Sequence record: DRR723986_13540 | Length of the DNA: 64,000 nucleotides | Strand: one strand, 5' to 3' | Part shown: positions 20,120 through 31,000 of the stretch, in pieces | Numbering within the stretch: position 1 is the stretch's first letter | How the letters are laid out: each line of letters opens with the position of its first letter | Position numbers and translations under genes: made by a program | Notes under the pieces: model-generated | The model's input: the letters and a program-made list of their open reading frames with translations, nothing else | The model's database searches: none | What the model was told of the DNA's origin: nothing

Positions 20120-20758
20120 TTAGATTTCAGAGAATGAATTGATCATTTTCTCCATGTCTTTTTTGAATCGAGACTTTTGATCCTTCAAGGTCCAAGATAA
20201 CACCTGATAATAGGCGTTTTCTCCTTCAAAAACTCCCATTAGATAGTAAATTTCTACAACTCCGGCTTCACCAACATCAATTCCACCTTGTAATTCTGTT
20301 ATAACAGCCTGCATACCATTGATCTCAGTTGCCTCAGCATCTGGAGTTAAAATCTCATGCGATACCAATCCGTCTGTCATTCCTTCAACACATACATCAT
20401 TATAAGATGCTAAATCAAATTCAAAATCGAATTCGTAGGCCTCAATTTCTTCATAAGTTTCAGGTATGACAATAACATAATTTTCATAAACTTGATCCCC
20501 TGATCTTTCCACGGATCCAAACTTGATTGATGCCAATGGATTTAATTCATCCATTTCTTCCATTGAATTTGGAATATGCATTTGACAAAATTCCATGTCG
20601 GTTTGAATTTCCCATCCTGAATCTACTTCGTCTAAGTCCAATAAATCCATTAAATCTTCAGTTGCGTTTTCTGCCGTTTCTTCTGCCGATTCACTTTCTC
20701 CACAAGAGAGCATTCCAACTACTAAAAATGAGGCTACTGCCAATTGATATATTTTCAT
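20120..20758 (-). CDS. Acidic lipoprotein, PsbP-like fold possible
   Basis: MLSC lipobox; EINGMQA, YYQVLSW and MINSF motifs; start taken at ATG 20758. Confidence 0.7.
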   Translation of the reverse strand: MKIYQLAVASFLVVGMLSCGESESAEETAENATEDLMDLLDLDEVDSGWEIQTDMEFCQMHIPNSMEEMDELNPLASIKFGSVERSGDQVYENYVIVIPETYEEIEAYEFDFEFDLASYNDVCVEGMTDGLVSHEILTPDAEATEINGMQAVITELQGGIDVGEAGVVEIYYLMGVFEGENAYYQVLSWTLKDQKSRFKKDMEKMINSFSEI

Positions 20759-20899
20759 TTTAATTTTTTTTGCTAAGCTAATCATTTCTTAAAAGCTAAT
20801 TGTAGATCACAACTATTATCTCATGTTTTAGTTTTTATTATCGATATAATAATTTAGGGCTTCGAATGAGTTCAAATAATCGTTATTTTCGCACTTGTT

Positions 20900-21619
20900 A
20901 TGAATATTGCCTTGTTTGGATACGGTAAAATGGGAAAGGTTATTGAAAAGATAGCTGAACAAAGAGGACACCAAATTGTCGCTCGTGTGAATCGTGAACA
21001 TCCCAAAGAATCTTTCGACCTCAACAATGTGGATGCGGTTATTGAATTCTCTATTCCAGAAAAGGCGAAAGAAAACATCACTTTTTGTCTTGAAAATAAT
21101 CTACCCATAATTATCGGAACCACTGGTTGGTATGATCATTTGACGGAACTCACAGAAGTAGCAACTAGAAAAAATGGCGCTTTTTTGCATTCAACTAATT
21201 TCAGTTTGGGCGTCAACGTATTTTTTGAATTGAATAGACAATTGGCTAAAATCATGAATCAGTTTAAGGATTATGACGCCTCGGTAGTTGAGATTCATCA
21301 TACTGAAAAATTGGATGCACCAAGTGGAACAGGCATCTCTTTGTGTGAAGGCTTGATTGCAAATCATGACAGCTATAGCACATGGCAAAATGTTAAAAAA
21401 ACTGAAATAACAGATCATCAAACACTATCAATTGAAAGCCTTCGTTTACCAGACGTTCCTGGAACGCATGAAGTAAAATACGAATCTTCAATTGACACGA
21501 TAGAAATTAAACACACTGCTCATAACCGAGAAGGATTTGGTTTAGGCAGTGTTATTGCCGCAGAGTGGATTGCCGGAAAACAAGGCGTATTCACCATGCA
21601 AGACGTTTTAAAATTTTAA
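20900..21619 (+). CDS. dapB: 4-hydroxy-tetrahydrodipicolinate reductase
   Basis: GYGKMG, IGTTGW, EIHHTEKLDAPSGT motifs. Confidence 0.96.
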   Translation: MNIALFGYGKMGKVIEKIAEQRGHQIVARVNREHPKESFDLNNVDAVIEFSIPEKAKENITFCLENNLPIIIGTTGWYDHLTELTEVATRKNGAFLHSTNFSLGVNVFFELNRQLAKIMNQFKDYDASVVEIHHTEKLDAPSGTGISLCEGLIANHDSYSTWQNVKKTEITDHQTLSIESLRLPDVPGTHEVKYESSIDTIEIKHTAHNREGFGLGSVIAAEWIAGKQGVFTMQDVLKF

Positions 21620-21620
21620 T

Positions 21621-23459
21621 ATGGAATATTTAGGATTAATCATAGGGTATTTAATTATTTGGCTAACACCAGTTTTTGGAATGTGGCACAATCGTTTCCC
21701 TGATCTAGACAAAAAGTCTTCAGATGTATTCATCCCGTTCTACAATTACTTTCAGCTATTAAAAGCATGTAAGCTCCCATGGTACTGGGTGATTTTTCTA
21801 TTATTCCCGGGTGCACAATTTATCATGTGGGCCTCTTTAAACGTCACATACATCAGAAAATTCGGTGAATTTGGCATAAAAGAAACCATTTTAGGAATAC
21901 TATTTCCTTTTCCTGTATTTTATAAAATCGCTAAGAAGCCTGAAGAATTCAAAGTTGCGGAACCAACTAACTGGGATGTCGCTAAACAAGTAGACGCACG
22001 AACACCTAGTGACCACGTTGCTTTGTTTTTCGCCCTTCCAGTCATTGGACATGTCATTGCTGTACCAATGTCTATGTTAGGATTTAAGAGGAAACCAGGC
22101 AAGAAATCGATTTTTAAAGAATGGGGGGACGCCATCATCTTTGCCATTATTGCCGCATCTGTTATCAGAACTTACGTTTTTGAACCTTTTAAAATTCCGA
22201 CAGGTTCAATGGAGAAAACCTTATTAGTTGGTGATCAACTATTCGTTGATAAACTGACCTATGGAGCAAGGTTACCAATGACTCCATTTTCCTACCCGAT
22301 TGTGCACAACAGTTTTGCACCACTTATTAATATCAAATCATATATCGGTTTACAAAAAATCCCATACACGCGTTTGCCGGGCTTCAGAAATGTGAACAGA
22401 AATGATGTAGTCGTATTTAACTTTCCTGCTGGGGACACTGCTTTAAATGACCCGCGCATGCCTAACGGTTTAATTGGACACAACTATTATGGGATACTTC
22501 GAGATGAAGCTTATCATATAGCTTATTCAGAAGGCAAGGGACTTGATTTTTTCGAAGGCAATTACAATTACTACTTAGATAAGGCCCGAGCAAACTTTGA
22601 TAAAGGAAAGGTGTATTCTGCAATGGTTGATGAAGAGGATCAAAAAAGAGGATACACAGCCATTTCAGGCGTATTGACTCGTCCTGTGGATAAAAAAGAG
22701 AATTATATAAAAAGGTGTGTGGCCATACCTGGAGATGAAATTGAAATAAAGGATAAAGAGCTTTATGTAAATGGAGAACTCGCATGGAAAGCAGAGTATA
22801 TGCAATATAGTTACGTGCTAAGTGGCTACTACAACCCTAATGCATTCGGACAAGGTTGGACTTTGGAGCAAGACGCCTTTTTCAAAGGAGCCTTTAAAGC
22901 ATCTGTATATGAATTGGGTTATAATGATTCTGCTTATGTTTCGATTCCTATGAACCAAAAAACATACAATGAGGTAAAAGCGAAATACCCGAACTTACAA
23001 ACTAACATCAAAAAGAAAGGGTATTATAGAAAAGCATTGGAAAGTGGTACAACTAGAAGCTATTGCCCAATATTCCCTAACGATCCTCAATACAATTGGA
23101 CAGAAGATAATTTTGGTCCGTTGCGCATTCCAAAAGCTGGAGATGTTCTTGAATTGAATGCGAAAACGATTCCGTTATACAGAAGATTGATTCATGCTTA
23201 CGAGGGCCATACTTTAGAAGAGAAGGCTGATGGCATCTATATTGACGGCAAAAAGACGGATAAATATGTAGTTGAATCGAACTATTATTGGATGATGGGA
23301 GATAACCGAAATGGATCGGCAGATTCAAGATTCTGGGGATTTGTTCCTGAAGACCATGTGGTTGGTCATGCAGCCTTTACTTGGTTATCTGTAGATCAAG
23401 AAAAAGGAATGTTTGGAGGAGGAATGAGATGGAGTAGAATGTTCAATTCTATTAAATAA
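21621..23459 (+). CDS. lepB: Signal peptidase I with N-terminal DUF5684-like membrane domain
   Basis: IPTGSMEKTL (catalytic Ser), YIKRC (catalytic Lys), MGDNRNGSADSRFWG. Confidence 0.95.
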   Translation: MEYLGLIIGYLIIWLTPVFGMWHNRFPDLDKKSSDVFIPFYNYFQLLKACKLPWYWVIFLLFPGAQFIMWASLNVTYIRKFGEFGIKETILGILFPFPVFYKIAKKPEEFKVAEPTNWDVAKQVDARTPSDHVALFFALPVIGHVIAVPMSMLGFKRKPGKKSIFKEWGDAIIFAIIAASVIRTYVFEPFKIPTGSMEKTLLVGDQLFVDKLTYGARLPMTPFSYPIVHNSFAPLINIKSYIGLQKIPYTRLPGFRNVNRNDVVVFNFPAGDTALNDPRMPNGLIGHNYYGILRDEAYHIAYSEGKGLDFFEGNYNYYLDKARANFDKGKVYSAMVDEEDQKRGYTAISGVLTRPVDKKENYIKRCVAIPGDEIEIKDKELYVNGELAWKAEYMQYSYVLSGYYNPNAFGQGWTLEQDAFFKGAFKASVYELGYNDSAYVSIPMNQKTYNEVKAKYPNLQTNIKKKGYYRKALESGTTRSYCPIFPNDPQYNWTEDNFGPLRIPKAGDVLELNAKTIPLYRRLIHAYEGHTLEEKADGIYIDGKKTDKYVVESNYYWMMGDNRNGSADSRFWGFVPEDHVVGHAAFTWLSVDQEKGMFGGGMRWSRMFNSIK

Positions 23460-23465
23460 CCATTT

Positions 23466-24083
23466 CTGACAGTTTTACCAACAACTTATTTTGGGAATGT
23501 AGAGTTTTACAAAATTCTCTACTCAAGTGATTTGGTATTCATAGACGAGCACGAATTTTACCCAAAACAGACTTACCGAAATCGCACAACCATTTTAACA
23601 GCTAATGGAATTCAGAATTTAAGTGTTCCAGTAATTCGCCCTCAGGGTAAAAATTCATTAGTGCATGAAATTGAAATCAGCTATGCTGAAAATTGGATAA
23701 AAGACCATATCAAAGCTATTGAAAGTGCATATCGAAACAGCCCCTATTACCAGTATTACTCTGATCAATTAATTGGAATTTTGAAGAAAGGTCATGCCAA
23801 GCTATCAGAATTAAATTGGGTTTTAATTCAATTTTTTATTCAGAAAATTGGCTTGGCTGTTGAGCTCCAAAAAAGTGAGGAGAGCCCAAATTTTACCGAA
23901 AATGACTATCGCAAAACACTACATCCAAAAGTGGATACGGGCTTTAAAAGCTATCATTACATTCAAACCTTTGAAGAACGACATGGCTTTCATCCGAACC
24001 CAAGCATCTTAGACCTCCTGTTTAACGAAGGCCCAAATAGCATCAGTATTCTCCAAGAAACGAAACTCCCTAGTCTTCTTTGA
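23466..24083 (+). CDS. WbqC family protein, probable CTG start
   Basis: KQTYRNR, AYRNSPYY, SILDLLFNEGP motifs; WbqC-like LPTTYF N-terminus lies upstream of the TTG at 23532. Confidence 0.85.
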   Translation: MTVLPTTYFGNVEFYKILYSSDLVFIDEHEFYPKQTYRNRTTILTANGIQNLSVPVIRPQGKNSLVHEIEISYAENWIKDHIKAIESAYRNSPYYQYYSDQLIGILKKGHAKLSELNWVLIQFFIQKIGLAVELQKSEESPNFTENDYRKTLHPKVDTGFKSYHYIQTFEERHGFHPNPSILDLLFNEGPNSISILQETKLPSLL

Positions 24084-27000
24084 AGTTTTGTCGGTTCGGA
24101 GTATATGGTATTCCCGCCGCATTCAATTTTTCTTCTAAGGCATACACCATTGCTTGCAACGATTTCACTTTCGCATCAATTTCAGTATACTCCTCTTTCG
24201 AAATAGCGAACTGCTCTTTTTGAGTATTGGTCGGATCAGAAGTTGAATACCATGATTGGTATACAATGGTTTCTAACTTACCAGCTGCACCATCAACAGT
24301 TTCAATGTCACGTTTTGATTTATGCCAATCTCCCCATAACAAGATATTAATATCATGGATGTTCGTTTTCATCAAATTCACTTGAGTCATCCAATCTAAA
24401 TCTGCCCCTGGATACTGCTGAATTGCTGCCTCAAAATAACCTACCTTTTCTTCATTAGCATTCACAATTTTAGCCATCCCTCTGAATTTTCTGCGCAGTT
24501 CTGCTAATTCATTTTTAAAAGCAATGTTTGCAGCTGTTTGTCTCGCAATTGTAGAATTTTCTAAAGCTTTCACCTTAAAAGGAACCGGCTCTACTAATTT
24601 AGCGAAAACGCCTTCTACGTTTTCGTAAAGTTCAACTGTAAAGTCTCCAGGCACCACCAACGGTCCTTCATCTGGATAAGAGTATCTCCCCACTTTTCCT
24701 TTATTAATTTTTATTGGATTCGTTGAAGGGTGACGCAAATTCCAAGTAACTCTGTGCACTCCTTGACTGTGCCCAGTCTTCATTTTTCTGATCTCATTTC
24801 CTTCTGCATCTTTAATTACAAACAGTAAATAAGCATCTTCTTCTAAATCTTCTTTTTTCAAATCTTCATTTGAAGGATAGGTAATCTCCCCTCCTTCTTT
24901 TTGAATCTCTGCTTCATTTTTTCTTCTTTGAGATTTAAATGATGTTGGACTTTCTTTGATGTAATAAGTGAACGTTGCCCCATACTCAGGATTATCAGCT
25001 GTGTAATGTTGAGCACCTTGGGTATTACCATGTGGTGTTGACTCAATAAATTGAAGCGCCGTTTTAATAGGATAAATTGTCGCTTTATTATTTAAGGCCT
25101 CTTCGCTAATTGCTCTTAAAGGGGAATAATCATCAAGAATATAGAAACTACGCCCAAATGTTCCTAAAACGAGGTCATTTTCTCTTTCCTGAATGGCAAT
25201 ATCCCTAACCGCAACAGTTGGTAAACCTGCCGATAACTGAACCCAATTTTTCCCACCGTTAATGGTAAAAAATACGCCAAACTCCGTTCCAGCGAACAAT
25301 AAATTCGGATTCACATGATCTTCGGCTATTGCATAAACAGAACCTCTTTCTGGTAAATCACCTGCAATTGACACCCAAGAGTCACCTGAATTGGTTGATT
25401 TCAATAAATACGGCTTAAAGTCTCCTTTTTTGTGATTATTGAAGGCTGCATAAACCGTGCCCTCATCATGTTTAGAAGTCAACAACATATTAACATAAGT
25501 CATTGAAGGCACACCAGGGAATGATTCTTTCTTCGTCCAGTTAGCGCCTCCATCTTTTGTGACATGAATTAAACCATCATCCGTACCGGCATACAATAAC
25601 TTTTCATTTTTACTTGATTCATCCAAGGCGACAATATTTCCAAACATAGTGGTTGATTTATGTTTCATTGCCACATCTGGAGATTGAATTTTGCCCATCA
25701 CCTTCATTTGATTTCGATCTAATTGTCTTGATAAATCTGGAGATATTGTTTGCCAAGTATTTCCCTGATCATCACTTTTAAACACTTTGTTCGCTGCAAA
25801 ATAAATACGCTTGTTGTTGTGTTTCGAAATAACCAAAGGCGCGTCCCAATTCCAACGATACGCAGGCTCACCTTTTCCTGGCATGGGTTGAATCCCGATT
25901 TTTTCACCCGATTTTTTATCATAACGAACTAACCAACCATACTGGGCTTGTGCATAAACGATATTTGGATCTTTAGGATCAATTTGTGATTCAAAACCAT
26001 CTCCCCCATTGGTAATGAACCAATCTTCATTACTGATACCCGTTTTCTTAATTACACGTGAAGGCCCTCCAATGGAGTTGTTATCTTGCGTTCCACCGTA
26101 AACGTTGTAGAAAGGATAGTCATTATCTACCGCTACTTTATAAAATTGGGTAATTGGTAAGTTTTGTTTGTAGTGCCAGTTTTCTGCATGATCCCAAGTC
26201 TCGTAGACACCTCCATCACATCCAACGATAAAATGATTCGTATTATTTGGATTAATCCAGATGGCGTGGTTATCCACGTGCTTTTTAGATTCACCAGTCA
26301 TTTGAAATGTTTTTCCACCGTCTTCAGTATGATTTAACCAAGTGTTCATTGAAAATACTTTGTTCTTATCTAAAGGATCACAAAACAATTCTAAGTAATA
26401 GTTCCCTGGAGATCCCGGAAGATAATCACTCATTTTGGTGAAGTTTTCACCTTGATTAGTTGAGCGATAAACACCTTGTTGTTCTTTTTCAGCCTCACAA
26501 ATAACATACACGTAATTGTGATCTGCTGGTGAAATCGAAATGGCCAATCTTCCCATGTTTGAAGAAGGAAGACCATTGGTAATTTCAGTCCAAGTTTTTC
26601 CACCGTCTACACTTTTATGCAGTCCAGAACCTGGTCCGCTACTCACATAAGTAAATACGTGCCTTCTTCTTTGATGAGCACAGGCAAAAATGACATCCGG
26701 ATTAGTTGGATCCATTTCTATATCTGAAATCCCCGTGTGTTCATCAATAGAAAGTACTTTCTCCCAATTCTCTCCTCCATCCGTAGTTTTATATAGTCCT
26801 CTATCTCCACCTGTTGACCAAAGCGGTCCGTAAGCGGCAACGAAAACGATATCTGAATTTGTTGGATGTACAATGATTTTTCCAATGTGCTCCGAGTTTT
26901 TTAAACCCATATTTTTCCATGACTTTCCGCCATCTAATGATTTATAAACACCATCACCATATCCAACAGATCGTTGATTATGATTTTCTCCAGATCCTAC

Positions 27001-27336
27001 CCAAATGGTATTCGTATTGCTCGGATCAATTGTCACACAAGCAATAGAATTTGATCCTTCACCATCAAAAATTGGTTCGTAAGTATTTCCATGATTTGAA
27101 GTTTTCCAAACCCCTCCTGATGCAACTGCCAAATAATATTCATCTGGATTATTCGGGTTGACAGCTATATCTGCAATTCTACCTGCGGTTAAGGCAGGAC
27201 CGATACAACGAAAACTCAATCCAGAAACAAGAGAAGAATTAATTTTTGAATTTGACTCTTCATCTTTATTCTTTTGGGCGAACAATGACGTTGAAAGTAA
27301 GAATACAGTTAAGGTGGACAGGATGGATAATTTCAT
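24070..27336 (-). CDS. BNR/Asp-box (VPS10/sortilin-like) beta-propeller glycosyl hydrolase-like protein
   Basis: Multiple SxDGGxxW Asp boxes, GGTQDN, signal peptide from ATG 27336. Confidence 0.88.
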   Translation of the reverse strand: MKLSILSTLTVFLLSTSLFAQKNKDEESNSKINSSLVSGLSFRCIGPALTAGRIADIAVNPNNPDEYYLAVASGGVWKTSNHGNTYEPIFDGEGSNSIACVTIDPSNTNTIWVGSGENHNQRSVGYGDGVYKSLDGGKSWKNMGLKNSEHIGKIIVHPTNSDIVFVAAYGPLWSTGGDRGLYKTTDGGENWEKVLSIDEHTGISDIEMDPTNPDVIFACAHQRRRHVFTYVSSGPGSGLHKSVDGGKTWTEITNGLPSSNMGRLAISISPADHNYVYVICEAEKEQQGVYRSTNQGENFTKMSDYLPGSPGNYYLELFCDPLDKNKVFSMNTWLNHTEDGGKTFQMTGESKKHVDNHAIWINPNNTNHFIVGCDGGVYETWDHAENWHYKQNLPITQFYKVAVDNDYPFYNVYGGTQDNNSIGGPSRVIKKTGISNEDWFITNGGDGFESQIDPKDPNIVYAQAQYGWLVRYDKKSGEKIGIQPMPGKGEPAYRWNWDAPLVISKHNNKRIYFAANKVFKSDDQGNTWQTISPDLSRQLDRNQMKVMGKIQSPDVAMKHKSTTMFGNIVALDESSKNEKLLYAGTDDGLIHVTKDGGANWTKKESFPGVPSMTYVNMLLTSKHDEGTVYAAFNNHKKGDFKPYLLKSTNSGDSWVSIAGDLPERGSVYAIAEDHVNPNLLFAGTEFGVFFTINGGKNWVQLSAGLPTVAVRDIAIQERENDLVLGTFGRSFYILDDYSPLRAISEEALNNKATIYPIKTALQFIESTPHGNTQGAQHYTADNPEYGATFTYYIKESPTSFKSQRRKNEAEIQKEGGEITYPSNEDLKKEDLEEDAYLLFVIKDAEGNEIRKMKTGHSQGVHRVTWNLRHPSTNPIKINKGKVGRYSYPDEGPLVVPGDFTVELYENVEGVFAKLVEPVPFKVKALENSTIARQTAANIAFKNELAELRRKFRGMAKIVNANEEKVGYFEAAIQQYPGADLDWMTQVNLMKTNIHDINILLWGDWHKSKRDIETVDGAAGKLETIVYQSWYSTSDPTNTQKEQFAISKEEYTEIDAKVKSLQAMVYALEEKLNAAGIPYTPNRQNFKED

Positions 27337-27439
27337 GATAAATAATTTGAAGCCTAAATTAATAAGAATTCGCTGCGGTTTAGCATCAAAAGTATGAAAG
27401 CCACATTTTCTGGTCAAAAGGTTTAATTTTGATAAATCA

Positions 27440-27937
27440 ATGGAATTTCACATTCGAAAAATAGAGCGAAAAGATAATGCAGCATTAGCTCGGATCATCA
27501 GAGCATCTCTTGAAGATTTAGGCTATGCCATTCCAGGAACGGTATATACTGATGAAGCCACCGACCATCTATATGATGGCTTTCAAGGTGAAAAATCAGT
27601 CTATTACGTGGCAGAATCAAAAGGGATACTGTTAGGGGGATCGGGAATTGGCCCCATCCCGAATCAAGATGAGAACTATTGTGAATTAATGCGAATGTTT
27701 CTTTCAAAAGATGCCCGAGGCTTAGGAATTGGATCTGCACTCATGAAGAAATGTATTGACTTTGCAAATGAACAGCAATTCGACATGGTGTATATTGAAA
27801 CATTTGAGCACATGCCTGCCGCCAGAAAACTATACGAGCGCACCGGATTTAAGTATGTTGATTATTCTTTAGGCGATACGGGCCATTACTCATGTGATGT
27901 TAAAATGGTACTGCCCTTGAATAAAAAAAGGAAGTAA
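27440..27937 (+). CDS. GNAT N-acetyltransferase (YjgM-like)
   Basis: ARGLGIG acetyl-CoA motif, LYERTGF, GDTGH..C. Confidence 0.9.
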   Translation: MEFHIRKIERKDNAALARIIRASLEDLGYAIPGTVYTDEATDHLYDGFQGEKSVYYVAESKGILLGGSGIGPIPNQDENYCELMRMFLSKDARGLGIGSALMKKCIDFANEQQFDMVYIETFEHMPAARKLYERTGFKYVDYSLGDTGHYSCDVKMVLPLNKKRK

Positions 27938-28010
27938 CCGATTGGATCACTTCCTTTTCTCTTGCAAAAACTATAAAACCTGAAACCTACCTATGAGAGC
28001 AGATAACATG
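27922..28010 (-). ncRNA. Candidate stand-alone small RNA (~88 nt)
   Basis: TAACTTTG -7 element (28014-28021), U/G-rich body containing CAUAGG, terminator with G-U pairs that fit the minus strand followed by U7. Confidence 0.5.
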
Positions 28011-28060
28011 GTGCAAAGTTATATATAAATCGGTTTAGAAAAATATTCTTTGTCGATTTT

Positions 28061-31000
28061 CTAACCGCGTTTGACGATTATTTTCTGGGTTCCAACTTTT
28101 TCAGTGTCAGATACTCGCAAGAAATAAATGCCATCCGTCAAGTTTTCTTGAATAATATTAATGTTATAATAACCAGATGAATTTCCGGATTGGCTGTATA
28201 CAATTCTACCTCGAGAATCCATTAACTGAATGATGGCATCTTTAGACCATGAATCGTCCAATTCTATATACAATTCACTATCAGTTGGATTTGGGTAAAC
28301 TTGTGCCCCAGTCAATTCAGCCATTAATCCTAAATCATCCACCACATTAATTATTTGAGACGTGGTATCATTAGGGCAATTACCATTAACTGCAACCAAC
28401 ATCACATCATAAGAACCCACCGCATTGAACTGATGCCATGGACTTACATCCGTAGATATAGAACCATCTGCAAAATCCCATAAATATCCATTAGCATGTT
28501 GCGAAGCATTCGTAAAAGTAACAAAGGCATTGCTGATATCAACTGTTGATGCACTAGGGGTGTAAGCAGCAGCAGGCACAGTATCTATGTTTACATAAAT
28601 AGTTTGGACCTCAGTATCTGTACCTCCCGGTCCTGTTGCTGTTAATGTGATATCATAATATCCTGTAGCCGTATATGTGAAAGTTGGATTAACAGCTGTA
28701 GAAGTTGGTGGCGTACCTCCGGGAGCTGACCATGAATACGTTTGTGCATCTAGACTTGAATTTGAAACCTGAACAGCTTCAAATGAACAGATGTATGAAT
28801 TTTGAATAATGAAATTTGCGTCTGGTGTAGCCGTTGGTGCTTGAACAGTTTGACCATCTGAACAAATAGTATCTGAAAATAAGCCCGCTCCATTTTCAGC
28901 ATATACACAGAAATAATAAGTTGTTCCTTCAACTAAATTCAGGCCAGAATGAGTCACGGTATCTTGATACCAATTATCTGTCCATGGAACAACATCTGTT
29001 AATCCAGGTGAAGTTCCGATTGAATACCAATAGCTCGCTATATCTGAATGTTGATCTGATGATGGCAACCAATTTGCACTTAACTCAGTATTTGATGTAG
29101 TTACGTTAATGTCAGCTCCTAATCCGTCATTTATAGATGGAATTGAAACCGGTGAAGACCAATCAACATTGACTAACTGCTCTGCAATAGAAGAGATATT
29201 TTGTGCGCTATCAATCGTTATCGATTTGATTTTAGCGGCATGTGTGAAAGGATCAAAATTTTGTTGCTGAATATCATTACCTGAGTTTATCGTGATCAAC
29301 TCTGAATTACCTCTATTGTGATATACTTTTATATTGTTTGCTTGCAGCACACAATCCCCTGATCTAAATGAAATTGCATTTCCTAAAGTGTAAGGAGAGG
29401 CATCTATCCAATTAGCCACTATCACATTATCAATATATAATTCTATTTCACCAGTAGTTTTATCGAATACCGTTTTCAAATCATACCATTGATTATCATT
29501 CACCGTATAAGGCTCATCTACCTCCAAAGTAAACACGTCATTTACTGTTTTATAAATTTGAACTTTGTTGTCATCTGATCTTAACCAAATGAAGTAGGAA
29601 TTTCCTCTATTCGGTAAAGTGGCATCATCACACATGAAGTGAAAACCTGCGCGCTTATTTCCTCCTGCTCCACTGATCTTACCTTGAAAATGATACAACC
29701 ATTTGTCAAAATTATCCTGATTTACTGCCGCATGGAGGTTGGTGTTTGTATTTGCCTCATCTGATTGTTCCAAAACAGATGCGTTTATCCCCCAAACACC
29801 AGTTTGTGAAGTCCATTCAGGATGAATAGCCACATCAAAGTTGTCAGAATAAAAACCGTTTGATCCATTTGCTCTCCAATCGGCTCCATCAAAATCAATC
29901 ACTTGGTAAAAATGATGTTCAACACCACTACCACCAGCATTATCAGCATCCGTAAAGTTTGCCGTAAAATTTGTTGTGTGCCAGCCTGTTCCAGCAGAAA
30001 CAGCAGTTGTTGGAGCAATAACATCTGCTGGGCCTGGGCCTGGTGTAGATGTCCAACTAATTTCCCATCCAATATCTTGCGTAGCACAATCAGATCTAAA
30101 TTCTAATAAAATTGCTCCTCCCGTAGAAGTTAAAGATGCCGGCACGGCAGTACCTGTATACACTCCTAATACTGGGTCAGTTGTAGAATTCCCGTCATAT
30201 ACATATAGGTAATCCCAATTCGCCTCAATGCTAAAAACATCAAAGTTTATAGTTACGTTAGTAACCCCAACAGGCTCAATCAAATACAATTCTCTTTCAT
30301 CATCTTGATAATTCCCGCCAGCTCCGCCAGAATCGTAAGTCACTCCAGAAGTAGCGGTTAAACTAGTTACTGCTGGATTATCATTAATTAGCTGATAATA
30401 ATATTCCCAATCCCAGTTAATTCCTGGATCAGTATGAGATTGACTTGGATAATGTTGATGTCCCTTTATTGTTGTACAAGAACCCAAAGTATTTGTTCCA
30501 GTTGATGATGGGCCGTAATAAGTTCTCAAAGGATTAATGCCATATCCGCTTTGAGTAATATCTTTTACCAAATTGGCTGATCCAATATACATAGCCACTG
30601 TGTACCAAGCCGGATCACTAACATAACCTTCATGCTCAATCCCTATTGTATATGGGTTAGCAGAACCTACATGCCAGCCTTTGTCCGCTTCATACACCAT
30701 TTGTGTAATTTGTCCGTCAGTTGATCTTGCAACGTAATGATAAGATACATTGGCAGAACAATTTTGGGCCCATGAAATGGCCCCTGCATAAGAACCTTGA
30801 ATGGTGTGTACCGTTACCGCAGAAATTGGTGTTCCAGATCTAGAAGAATAATTGCAAGATGGTGTTGCAACCCACAAAGCTGGTCCATACTCCGCCGATT
30901 TATTCTGCGCTACGTAAACTGTTCCATTTGCGTCCACTGTGTTTTGAGATATTTCTACTTTTTTACTCGTCAAAACTTCAAAATTGCTAGCGCCATAAAT

